From Podarcis gaigeae (lineage: Eukaryota), in assembly GCA_964106915.2 (NCBI GenBank), contig OZ066923.1: DNA of 64,000 nt. One strand, 5' to 3'. Positions 40,145 to 51,160 of this stretch are shown here, piece by piece. Below the pieces are notes generated by a model, which saw only the letters and a program-made list of their open reading frames with translations, was not told where the DNA came from and made no database searches. Numbering within the stretch: the first letter of the stretch is position 1; the number at the start of each line of letters is the position of its first letter. The translations under genes and the position numbers were made by a program.

Positions 40145-40355
40145 GTCACAACCCATACCGTACATCTAAAGCACTCTTATACCACTTTAACAGTCATGGC
40201 ACCCTTCAAAGAAACCCGAAAAGTGCAGTTTGTGAAGTGTATCAACATCACAGAGCTATAAGTCCCAGCACCCTTAAAAGCTTCAATTCTCAGGATTCTT
40301 CATGACTCTTAAAGAGTATAAGAGAGTGCTTTAAATGCACGGCATGGATGTGACC
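40145..40355. mobile_element. MITE with long imperfect TIRs (possibly Harbinger-like)
   Basis: GTCACAACCCATACCGTACATCTAAAGCACTCT versus AGAGTGCTTTAAATGCACGGCATGGATGTGAC; related fragment near 29405-29570. Confidence 0.55.
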
Positions 40356-40359
40356 CTTG

Positions 40360-40597
40360 TCCAACTCCCTGCTCAATGCCATATCCGCAATGCAGGATGC
40401 AACTACAATGCTTGTCCAGCCTCAGCTTAAATATTTCCAGCAAAGCAGAGCCCTTCACCTCCCAAGGCAGTCCACTGTTCCACTGTCAAATAACCCTTAT
40501 CACTAGGAAGTCTCTTCTAATGTTTAATCCAAATCAGTTTCCTTGCCATTTCCACCGATGGGTTCAAGCCCAGCCCTCTGGAGCAACAGAGAACAAA
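40360..40597 (-). mobile_element. CR1 3' fragment
   Basis: CTGTTCCACTGTCAAATAACCCTTATCACTAGGAAGT, the reverse of the CR1 ORF2 C-terminal region. Confidence 0.65.
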
Positions 40598-41292
40598 TGA
40601 ACAAAGAAATCGAGGAAAGCAGTGGAGACACAGGCTATATATGACTTTGCTTATACACACTGCCTCTGGAATGGAAGCCTTGTGTGTGCTGCATTTACAC
40701 TGTACCCTGACATATGTTGTAGCTTCCTAGCTGCTAAATATCACTGCTCTGCAACTGATCCACTATTGATAACCAAGGGCAAATCCTTTTAATCAAAGAC
40801 TGAAACTCTTATAGATATTAGCTGAATTCACCTTAAGGATCAGAGAGGAGATGCCACTTAGCTACTCTAGTGCTCTTCTCCGGCCAAGCAATGGCCTTTA
40901 TCCATGCAGTCACATGATCACCTAGCTTTCTAGAGGCCAATGCAGGTTTTTTTCCCCTATCCCTGCTACCCAAACCCATTGAAGCCAAGTCAATAGCAAG
41001 GACTGATCAATGCAAAACACTCATCTCCTAGCAGTTGCTTTATGCAGTCATTTCCTGTCTCCCACACTTCCCACTTCAATAAACGTCAATTCATACAACC
41101 GCTCAGACCAGATGCTGTAGTAAAGCGAGTTTGGCAATGCAATGTGGAACCCTCTTTGTCACTTGCTTAAAAGTGCTGTGCTGCACTTCTCAAGAGTTGC
41201 CAGATGCAACATGTTCTACCGGAGGTGGGGGTGGGAATCCTAGCAAATACAACAGGAGGATGAGGGAAATAACTGTGTTAAAGGTTGCTGGG

Positions 41293-41560
41293 CAGTGCCC
41301 CATTTATGTATAAGCTAAACAAGCTATAGCTTAGGGCCCCACTCTCTTGGAGGCCCCGAAAAAATGTAAAGGAAAAAACCTGTATTAATTGTATTTCAGT
41401 TCAACAATTACTTTAATACATATTTTGTTATGTGCAAATGGCTTTAGATACCTATTAGGTCCATAAATTACCATATAGCATGTATTCAACACAAAAAAGC
41501 AATTTGTTGTTGACGAAGGACCCCATTACCTTCAGTAGCTCATCAAACCTAAATCCGGCA
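41293..41560. mobile_element. hAT-like non-autonomous element 230 bp from the exon 2 donor
   Basis: CAGTGCC..ATTTA...TAAATCCGGCA partial TIRs. Confidence 0.55.
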
Positions 41561-41790
41561 GGGAGTGGAGGGCAGAGGGAAGATGCTGAACTTAGACCAA
41601 ATATTGTGCTTTGCTTGACCTTTGGATTTTGAAGAGCTCTGGGGTGCAGTAGAGTAAGCCACATTTTGTGCGCGGTTTGCTAGAACTATGCATACGCAAG
41701 CCTCAAATAACTGTATCCCCATGAAAAACGAGGGGAGAGGGGATTAGAACTGATTGCATGAGGGAAATGGTAGCAAATGTTCAAACTTAC

Positions 41791-41950
41791 TGAAATAAAA
41801 TCCTCTTTCTCCGCAGACAAATTGAAGAGCGTCAACCAGCTCAGCACCACAAAGTGTCTCCGGGGCAGCAGCAGCAGAGGAGCTGGTTAATGTAAGCAAA
41901 CACAGGCCAAAGTAGAAGAGATGAATGTAGGACACAGTGTGCATCTTCAC
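41791..41950 (-). CDS. IGF1: IGF1 coding exon 2 (= mammalian exon 3): rest of signal peptide and B domain
   Basis: Pyrimidine tract ...cttttacttctttggcag|GTG AAG ATG, then [53 protein letters not shown]+A|gtaagt. 160 nt with a phase-1 donor, as in other IGF1 genes. Lies inside ORF 41744..42064. Confidence 0.99.
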
Positions 41951-42211
41951 CTGCCAAAGAAGTAAAAGAGAGAGAGAGACTGCATCAGAGTTTCCCAGTA
42001 GAATCCTGAAGCATGGCCTTTTTTTGGGAAATTTCCCATTCTGCTTCACCCACCAGGTCCACACTGTTCCTCTCCCACCTCCTATTTACTGTGAAAGTTG
42101 GTTGCCATATGCCATGTGTTAGGAGAACCCCTGGTGCTTTTGACAAAAGTGAACTTTAAAGCAAATTTGGCAAAGGGAAAACTTGGAGATTTGATAAGAG
42201 CATTAGCATTA

Positions 42212-42448
42212 GAGAGCCAGTGTGGTGCAGCGGTTAGAGTGTCAGACCAGGACGTGGGAGACCAGTGTTCAAATCCCCACTTGACCATGAAGCTTACAGG
42301 GTGACCTTGGCCCAATCACTGACACTCAGCCTGATCTACGTCACAGGGTTGTGGTGGGGATTACATGAGGAGAGGGACACCCACGTACGCCACCTTGAAC
42401 TCCTTGGAGAAAAAGTGGGATATAAATACAACAAATCCATAAAATAAA
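42212..42448 (+). mobile_element. Older Squam3-like SINE
   Basis: GAGAGCCAGTGTGGTGCAGCGGTTAGAG head, GTTCAAATCC B box, (TAAA)-rich tail. Confidence 0.75.
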
Positions 42449-43848
42449 TTAGTCAACAGGTCTCACACAGTCTGGTACACCACTAGATTTCTCCTGAAAA
42501 GTGAATTCAGGAACATTTGGCCTCAGATGATAACATCTGGGGAATTTTGAGGGCCCAAAGAGTTTTGGTAGACTAGAGCACTGGTGGAGAACCTCTGACC
42601 TGGGGGTTCAACGTGGCCCTCAAGGCATCTCTATCCATCCCTCAGAAGTGCCCCCAGGCCACATCCCATAGCCGTCCTGCACCATGCTCTGAATGCTTTT
42701 GCCTGGGTAGAATGTATCCTTGAACCGTAATAACACATCTTGATTTTCTTGAAAGAAGTGTGTATGTGTGTGGCTGGAATGCAGACTGCTGAAGATGAAT
42801 TGCCTCACCCACTTTTTGCCTTGGACCACACCCACCATTGGCACACGGTCCCTCTGAAGGTTGCCCAGGAGAAAATGTGGCCCTTCGGCTGAAAAAGGTC
42901 CCTGCTGACCTGATAGTAGAGGAATTTCTTTGTATGTGCAGGGTGCATTTTTACCAAGTGCATATGTTGTTTCCATAATCACAGAGCACACGTCCAATAA
43001 TTTCTGCTTGGTAGGCAATTTCTGCTGGGGTGATTCTTTCCCCAATGCAACAGCTAGTTGGAACCCCCAGTCTACTGTGGCTGATAGTGAGAGCCCACTA
43101 CGCACTTGGTGTCCTGGACCAATTTCTGTGTTGTTGGATACACAACATAGACAAGATAGCACACAGCAGGGGCTACAAGCTTCAGTAGATTAAAATCCTT
43201 CCTTACTTCCCACCGCGTTAATTGATGGCGCTAAGAATAAGACTTAGGATCCATGCAGAGGGAATATCAAGATGCTGGTCTGATTAAAGAGATGCATTTT
43301 CTTTTCATCTTGTACCACAGCAAGAAGCTGGTTCAGCTTTCAGGGCACCACCACCACCACAGGAACAATGGAAAGAGACATTGCTGGTTTCCGGGGCGAG
43401 AACACCTGCATAACATGCTTGCAATTATGTTCTGTGCAGTCATGTTTTATGTTCTGGGTGAACCCTTAAACCATATTGTACGAGAATGCAGATGCTGGCA
43501 AGCCAAAGGTGTAATGAAGGTGGGAGAAGGACATAGGCTTCCAGGCCTAATCTTTCCTTCAATGACCCATTTATGACTAATAGCTGGGAATGGCTGAGGA
43601 TTTATTGCATTCAATCCATCACCACATTTCCTTATTGGCCAATTAGATGTCTCTGGGAAGCCCAGAGGCAGGTTATAGGAACATAGAATATAGGAATATA
43701 GGAAACTGCCTTACACAGTCAGACCATTTGACCATCTAGCTTGGTATTGTTTACACCAGTCTTCTCCAACCTTGGGTCCCCAGATGTTGATTCAGACTTG
43801 TTAGAGTTGCATCCAAGATAGCTCACATTATATTGAAACAGAGACTAT

Positions 43849-44176
43849 GGCTGCATTCACATGGCGGTTCATTCCATTTTCATGACTTTCCCCTAAGTGT
43901 TAAGTTCCTCATCATAGTTCAGATTTCACACAATGTAAAAGCCACTTCTGGGACTATAATGTAATATACTCCAAGTTCAATGCTCTTTTCCATATTATTT
44001 GCTTCCAGAAAAATAATAATCTGTTTATAACTAGTATGGAAATGAGTGCTAAACTTGCACTATATTCCACTATAGTCCTGGAAGTGGTTTTTACAGCATG
44101 CGAAAGCTCAAATGTAATGTGGACATTAACAGGGAAAAGTCCTAAAAATGGAATAAACTGCAATGTGAATGCAGCG
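43849..44176. mobile_element. PIF/Harbinger-like MITE
   Basis: GGCTGCATTCACAT...ATGTGAATGCAGCG TIRs; 3-bp TSD TAT. Confidence 0.7.
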
Positions 44177-44260
44177 TATATGTGACAATGTTAAGTTATA
44201 CAAAAAATCCTTGCTTTCCTTCACAATAAGGAAATATCTTCTAAGGTCCTAGGATAAGTA

Positions 44261-44722
44261 CCATATTTTTCGCCCCATAGGACGCACCGGCCCATAGGAC
44301 GCACCTAGTTTTTTGGGGGGGAAATAAAGGGGGGGGGGGAATTATTTTTTTCCCAGGTGCAGGGGGGGGGGAGCTTCCCCTGCCCCCAACACAGGCTGCT
44401 ATCCGCAAGCCGTGTTATCCCACAGCTAGCGGAGAGCTGCGTGAAGCCGGAAGCCTGGGGCATGCTGAGCTCAGCACGCCGCAAGCTTCTGGGTGCAGGC
44501 AAGCTCTCCGCTAGCTGTGGGAGAGCTGCGCGAAGTCGCGCAGCTCTCCCACGGGTTGCAGATAGCTTCCTGAAGCCTGGAGAGCGAGAGGGGTCAGTGC
44601 GCACTGACCCCTCTCGCTCTCCAGGCTTCAGCGAAAGCCTGCATTCGCCCCATAGGACGCACACACATTTCCCCTTCATTTTTGGAGGGGGAAAAGTGCG
44701 TCCTATAGAGCAAAAAATACGG
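44261..44722. mobile_element. Young Tc2-like (Tc1/mariner) MITE with internal palindromes
   Basis: TA TSD; 27-bp TIRs CCATATTTTTCGCCCCATAGGACGCAC / GTGCGTCCTATAGAGCAAAAAATACGG. Confidence 0.9.
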
Positions 44723-45927
44723 TAATGTTTGGAGCAATGAGTCTTCCTGCCTGCCTGGTCAGTTTTTCAGCACTGTCCAATTGTGTGGCTTGTACAGAAT
44801 TAGAAAACCTAATTCTGCACCCACCAGGGTTTAACTTGAGCCAAACCTTGTTTGTGGGTTCAGTCACAGAAGATACTTTCAAATATAGGGCTCATCCCAG
44901 GAACATGTGAAGTCATTAACAGGGCACCACTGAACATGTGTTGGGTGCATTTCGTTCTTCCCTGAGCAACTGCTTTTTGCCCACACATATCTGGGACTGG
45001 TGGGGGAAAGGCACAGAGAGCCCAGGGCTTCCAGACAGAGGCATGGACTCAAGCCTCCCTTGATTGGAAATGGACATTCTCCCACCATATGTGAGACAAC
45101 CAGGGCAGGGATCAAGCCAAGCCACATCCCATGCAGTCAAAGATCATGCAAATCAATCCTCTGAGGGAAATTGTAGGGTGGGGAGGGGTAGAAAAACACG
45201 GAAAACGTCCAGAGTCCAAAGTCTCTAAAGACTTTCCAGTCCCTTTGTTATGAAGACTGTTCCTGAAAGTGTAGGGAAAAGAGAGTTGCCAGATTCAATA
45301 GAAGACAAAGCTTCTCTAACCACTGTAACTCACAGAGTTGCCCCTGCCTCCCCCAAAATGCTCTTTTGCATTACAGTTAAAAGCACAGGAGCCCTACCCT
45401 GAGTATATTATTGATCCTGGCAGCTAATAGGTAAACCCAGGCAGTGTTACAGTTGTCAGTTTGCAGAGGGTTTAAATCAACAGATATAGTATGGTTCAAC
45501 TGCAAAGGGCAAGGCCAAATGGATTGGGTGTGGTCCAGCTACCAAAGCAGCTCTAAACCCTTGTATAAATGCTGTTTAAATTAGGATTAGCAGCTGCTTT
45601 GTGTTACTGGAGCAGCACAAAGCAGCTGCAGTGAACTGATCTCTCCTGGACATCAGTGACAATTTAGTCACATTCTTCCCCAGAACGTTTGATGGACCAG
45701 GCGGAAATGGCAAACACAAGCACCATCAAAGCACAAAAGCACTTCTTATGTTTTGTTAGATTCAGAAGCAACTGGGAACACCTAAACACCTGCTAGATAG
45801 GAATTCTGAAATACAGCTGGGACTGGTTCTAGTGTGCTGCTTATTACTTCTTCCAGGACACTCCATTCTGAATCTCCTTGGTTTTCTCCAGCTCCCTGCA
45901 ACAGATGCTCAACATTTTCTGGCTACT

Positions 45928-46278
45928 GAGAATGGAGAGGAGATATGATAATCATCTTCAAATATCTAAAGGGCTGTCACCTGGAGGATGGGGCAAGCTT
46001 GTTTTCTCCTGCTCCGTAGGCTAGGACCCAAACCAATGGATTCAAGTTGCAAGAAAGGATATTGCAACTAAACTTCAGGAAGAACTTTCTGACAGTAAGA
46101 GCTGTTTGACAGTGGAACAGACTCCCATGAAAGGTGGTGGTCATTCCTTCCTTGGAAGTTTTAAAGCAGAAGTTGGATGGCCACCTGTCATGTATCATCT
46201 AGTTGAGATTCTTGCATTGCAGGGGGTTGGCCTAGATGATTCTCGGGGTCCCTTCCCAGTCAACAATTCTGTGATTCT
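45928..46278 (+). mobile_element. CR1 LINE 3' end
   Basis: GDMIIIFKYLKG...RKNFLTVRAV*QWNRLP-like coding; ends in the CR1 hallmark ATTCTGTGATTCT. Confidence 0.88.
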
Positions 46279-47767
46279 CCACCCCCAACCCACTCACACT
46301 GATACCTCCATCTTGTTTTTCAGCTGTGTTTTGGCCACATTAACATCATGATCCTACACATTTGTTATATTGAGTAATCCTTCATATATAAGACATTTCT
46401 CAACTCCCCCCCCCCAGCACTGTATCATATCCCAACATGACCAAAACCCCAGATCCAGAAGAGCCTATGCAAATAGGAAAAGAGGATATTCTCAATGGCT
46501 GGGTTCACCCTGGTTGTAAAGTAGGTTTGGTCTCAGTAGTGTCCTCTTTCACTTTGTCCCATATGGCTGCCATTCACTCTCATTGGAAAAAGTACATGGT
46601 AAGCTTATTCTGTAAGGCATGACTGGAGAACCTGTGGTCCTCCAGGTATTTGTCAGCCCCACCAAGCATGGCCAACAGACAGGGATGATGGGAGTTGGAT
46701 CCCAGCAACATCTGGAACATGGTTTCCCATTGCTAGCATAAGGGCAGAATCTACCCTTGGCAACACCTGGACTGGTCCTACCATCCAGGGAGCTCATGGT
46801 TAATACAGAGCAAGTGAGGATCCATTGCCCCTGCGCAGGCCTTGCTCTTTGCAAGCCAACACTCTATGCCCAGCTATGACTGGTGGGTTAATTGCTAGAT
46901 TGTATTGAAACAGCTAGTATAGAAGCTGGAACCATCACTTTCATTCATCATACTGACATTGATACAATGAAAACATCCAACACAAAGACCAAAATGAGAT
47001 ACACCAAGGAGTGATTGGAAAATACCCCTTCTTCCCATTTGCAACATGAGTCCTCCCTCAGCTTTGTAACGTTAAAAAATAAATTGGCAAAACAAAAGAA
47101 AAACCCTGAATGCATGAACATGACAGTAAAGCCCCTCTGTATTTCATTCTTAAAGCTCTGAAGAGGCGATGTTTTAATAATATCACTTCCTCTGTTCAAT
47201 GATATCTTAAAAGCTGTTGCGTGCAGAGGTAAATCACCTGCTGACTTCATGCTCTTGCTTCCAAGGATGCAGTTCAAAGAGCTCTTCCATCATGGTCTCA
47301 ACGGAATGGCATTGTGTATCTGTCTAAGAACACTGTGTGTTTAGCAGGGTGTTCTTAATTCACATCTGGCCTTGCCTCAAACATAAGCCTCATTCAGCAA
47401 TGTTATATTTTTTAAAGACTTTTCAGGAGAGTTACGTTGTAAGTGAAATATCAGTTCTGGGACAAGATACAGGGTTTCCATGTTCCCCCCCTTCTTTAGT
47501 GCAAGCCAAGAATATGACACAATGCAATTGCCAAGAGTTTCAACACTCCCCCACCCTGACAAATTATAAAACAATCAATGACTTGGAGGAAAGGGATGGA
47601 TTCATATGCTCCTAGGCCAAATGGACCTATCGACCTAGCTCTGAAAAAACATAAAATTGTCCCTTAAAGAATATTCAGGAATCTGACAGAAATAATACTC
47701 TCTTCTGTACCTTTCCTGTTCATTTTCATTTAGATGGGGATGGTGGGATTCATAAGAAAATACTTAC

Positions 47768-47925
47768 GATGATCTAACAATTTGGCCGCTGGTCTTTTCA
47801 ATAGGTCGGGGTGTGTCCAATTTATTGTATGTCCAAATTGAATGGGAAACAGAGGCCTTTAAAAGCACACACTGTCATGTGGGTGGAGTTTTATTGAAGC
47901 ATCTGATTACATTTGGACTCTGAGT
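47768..47925 (-). other. IGF1: Putative homolog of mammalian IGF1 alternative leader exon 2 (non-coding here)
   Basis: Minus strand GTCCAAATGTAATCAGATGCTT...AAACTCCACCCACA...CACCCCGACCT..TGAAAAGACC...AAATTGTTAGATCATC|gtaagtattttct. Motifs are collinear with human exon 2 as I recall it; consensus donor; about 2.2 kb downstream of exon 1. Confidence 0.65.
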
Positions 47926-48000
47926 CTGACTCAGGACAGTGCAAGGCAGACTAAACACCCCTATAATGAATGACCAATTGTGTTTACAGCTGAGATTTTC
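47921..48000 (-). promoter_or_regulatory. Candidate promoter-2-like region with AP-1 (TGACTCA 47927-47933) and forkhead (TGTTTAC 47981-47987) motifs
   Basis: Motifs lie directly 5' of the exon-2-like segment, in a TE-poor stretch. Confidence 0.35.
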
Positions 48001-50083
48001 ACGAATCTCTCCTTCAGGAGAAGATCCAGTGTCTACTGCATGTGGAGAGTGGCGGTCCAAAACAGTGGCACTTAAGGAAGCCAACAGATGGCTTGCTCCA
48101 TGGCTTTTACACCTTCCTTGCCCTTCCGCAACTCCTCCCATTCAACAAGCTTTAAATCAAGCAGCACATATGAATGTTCCAGCGAAATTTGGGTGAGCGC
48201 TGATTCGTCTAAACGGATGACGCTTTCAATTGACTGAAAACATTTCTCAGAGACACAGCGGTGGCAGCAGGGATGCCACAGATTAAAATGCATTCATTTG
48301 TATGTTTCCGAACTTGTCTGGCTGCCCCAAGAACCAAGTATCAGTCTATGCTAAGTAAATACACATGCAAACTGCCCTACTGTCAAAGACAGCACTACAA
48401 ATCATCAATCTGTTACTAGACACATCTTGTGATAGAGAAATAACCTAACACAGTGGATACAATCAAAGTAATGCAGTGGAAGATTTAAACAAGAGGTCTA
48501 AACGGATGGTTTTCCCAACCGACAATCACAAGTCACACAGCCTCTAGTTCCCATGGAAAGGGATTAGCAAAATCAATGCAGATAGCAGAATGTAAAGGAA
48601 ATTTGGGGGTAGACCCCCGTGCTTCTAGCTCATATGAAAGGGTCTAGTAGAATCCGGAATGTTGGGGAAAGCACCCATACAATATATTGCTTATCTCTTT
48701 CTGAAGATGCCTTTGACCCCTCTTAGAACTTCTGGACTGAAACTGCAGTCCTTCTTAGACTCACTAGGGAGTAAGTCCCTTAGAGCTTAGTCAGATGTGG
48801 CTCTGTTAGCATGTTTAGGTCATGCACACCAAACTGGCAGAAGCTGTCTTCACTTATAAATTGGGATAGCTCAGTTGATTTCAGTAGACCATGGCTAAAT
48901 GACAGCAATTTGGAATCTGTAGTATATTGGAGATATATATATATATAAACAACCTCAGTAGTTTAATTCCAACTCTTCAGTAAACTGAGCAAAGGATGCA
49001 CATAGTTGTGGAGTTGTAACTCTGACTCTCCAATGGCTACTGAATTCAGCAATGCATTGCATTGCATTCTGTTTGCTTCTACTGTTACAAAATCCCCCCA
49101 TCTTAAAATGAAATGGATAAATCCTACTTAGATAATTAAAAAAACAAAACTAAATTGGCACCTATTGCTTTAGAGACTGTGTCAGCTGTACAAAATCCTG
49201 CTACAAATGGAAAAACAAAACAAAAAAAATTGTTCTTGAAGGATATAATCTTGCTGAGAATGGAAACTTGAGTGAAGGCCAGCTGAGAGAAACAGAGGTC
49301 AGTGCATCTACTGAAGCCAAAATTAACCTTAAAAGCTTTTTATGTTCTTAAGGAGCAATGACTAGTAATATGGTATAAAAATTCCATCTCCAACTTTGCC
49401 TGACTAAAGCCTCTTTGCAGAGTGCAAAATAAAGCTTGACTGGAAGATATCTCTACTTTCCTTAATGCAGAATAACTTAATCTTATCATCAATCTGCATA
49501 GCCAGCAAAAGCTGTACATGGTTTCTGTTTTAGAAAAGGAAAAACAAACTTAATGTTGACTTAACAGGAAAGCATTAAAAAGAAGTAAATGTACAACACT
49601 GTCAGAAAACAGCTGTACATTCAATGTTAATTCTGTGCATATAGCAGTCTTACAGAAGTGAACCAGCTACCTGCTGTCAAATGACTATCACATTTGCATT
49701 TGCACCTGCAGAGAAACTTTAAAATTTCTTGCTCCATGCTAGCAGCACTAGCTACAGAAAATGATGTTAGTAGAAATTTCAGATATGACAAGCTAGCCAG
49801 AATTTTGCAAAAAAGTTTCCCCAACACAAGCTGAATTCCTAAGTACCTGCAATAGCTTTACCTCGTCAGTTACCTAGCTGTGTTCAGAACAACCATCACA
49901 TGCAGTCATTCTTCAGCTCTGCTAAAATTGTCTGTTCAGCAGTTTAGAAATAAAATTCCCAGTACAGAAATAATGACACTGAAAAAAGTGCATATAACAC
50001 TCTTCTAAGCAGAATCAGATTACACACAATATAATCATAATATTTTCTTTAAAAAGAAAAATCAAATAGGAAGAAAGATTTAC

Positions 50084-50146
50084 CTTCAAGAAATCACAAA
50101 AGCAGCACTTAAATAATTGTGTTGAAAGACTGTTGATTTTTTCCAT
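50084..50146 (-). CDS. IGF1: IGF1 coding exon 1 (class 1 leader, N-terminal 21 aa of the prepropeptide)
   Basis: Reverse complement reads ATG GAA AAA ATC AAC AGT CTT TCA ACA CAA TTA TTT AAG TGC TGC TTT TGT GAT TTC TTG AAG|gtaaat = [21 protein letters not shown], the sauropsid IGF1 exon 1 peptide. 63 nt, phase-0 GT donor. Too short to appear in the ORF track. Confidence 0.98.
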
Positions 50147-50271
50147 TGCTTCTTAAGTGCAAACTCTGGAAATGAATTGGTTAGCAGTAATAATGAGGTG
50201 GGGGAGGGAAAAAAGGGAAGAAAAGAAATCCAGAGAGAGGTGAGATGTTGAGAGCAATGTCACATTTCAAT
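50147..50271 (-). other. IGF1: IGF1 exon 1 5'UTR (partial, runs into the assembly gap)
   Basis: Minus strand ATTGAAATGTGACATTGCTCTCAACATCTC...CTCTCTGGATTTCTTT...CATTATTACTGCTAACCAATTCATTTCCAGAG...GAAGCAATG matches the conserved class 1 leader as I recall it from human and chicken. Confidence 0.9.
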
Positions 50272-50529
50272 NNNNNNNNNNNNNNNNNNNNNNNNNNNNN
50301 NNNNNNNNNNNNNNNNNNNNNNNNNNNNNNNNNNNNNNNNNNNNNNNNNNNNNNNNNNNNNNNNNNNNNNNNNNNNNNNNNNNNNNNNNNNNNNNNNNNN
50401 NNNNNNNNNNNNNNNNNNNNNNNNNNNNNNNNNNNNNNNNNNNNNNNNNNNNNNNNNNNNNNNNNNNNNNNNNNNNNNNNNNNNNNNNNNNNNNNNNNNN
50501 NNNNNNNNNNNNNNNNNNNNNNNNNNNNN
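50272..50529. other. Assembly gap (258 N) over the expected IGF1 transcription start region
   Basis: Run of n between the 5'UTR and the proximal promoter. Confidence 0.99.
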
Positions 50530-50620
50530 GCACTGGAGCATGTTCTCTCCCCCCCACCCTTAAAAGAATGTACATTAGCAAAGGGCAGGGGGAGGAGGAA
50601 AAACAGTTTAAGAAGTCAAA
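50530..50620 (-). promoter_or_regulatory. IGF1: IGF1 proximal promoter 1, conserved block
   Basis: Minus strand GCTAATGTACATTCTTTTAAGGG(G-run)AGAGAACATGCTCCAGTGC resembles the CACATTCTTTTAA-GGGG...ATGCTTCTGTGC block of amniote IGF1 promoter 1 (from memory). Position directly upstream of exon 1 fits. Confidence 0.7.
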
Positions 50621-51160
50621 GAAACTGAAGCTGCAATGGGAAATGAAATGTATGAATGGTCACGTTTCAGCCGGCTTCACACACAGCCAGAGATCAGCTG
50701 TCGTTTACCTTTCAGCTGAACGAAATGAGAAGCTGGATACATCTATGCACACTTGAGCTCACCATCAAAACAAGCTCCTGCTAACGTTAACTCTGAAATC
50801 ACAAGTTTGCAGACTGATCTGTTATAGAGTGCTTGATTGGAGGCTTTCTAACTTTTATTAAATCACATTAAATCACATTGCAATCTGCCCTACCTTACAG
50901 GCTAATGTGATTTCCTACCCTCTCTGACTACAGCAAAGAGCACTTCCATTTCTTTTAGTGGCTGCCTCGTGGGATTTTGTTTATTCTGTTTGTAAAAAAA
51001 AATAGTAATAGAGGGTTGAAGAGGTGCTTGGGAAAAGGGGTGCTTTGTTTGAGAACTGCATCACAAAATTTGGGTAAGTGTGAATTTTGAAGTGTGGTGA
51101 ATTTGATAGATTCTGCTTAAAATGCAAACGGAATCAATTTTTTCTCCCATTCCTAGGTAG

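Noticed and set aside
42620-43162. 180-aa minus-strand ORF in intron 1
   Set aside because: No protein-family motif; overlaps a decayed transposon-like segment; chance ORF.
47259-47330. Near-STAT5 pair (TTCCAAGGA, GTCTAAGAA) as a homolog of the rodent HS7 GH response element
   Set aside because: Both deviate from TTCNNNGAA and I cannot see supporting flanking similarity.
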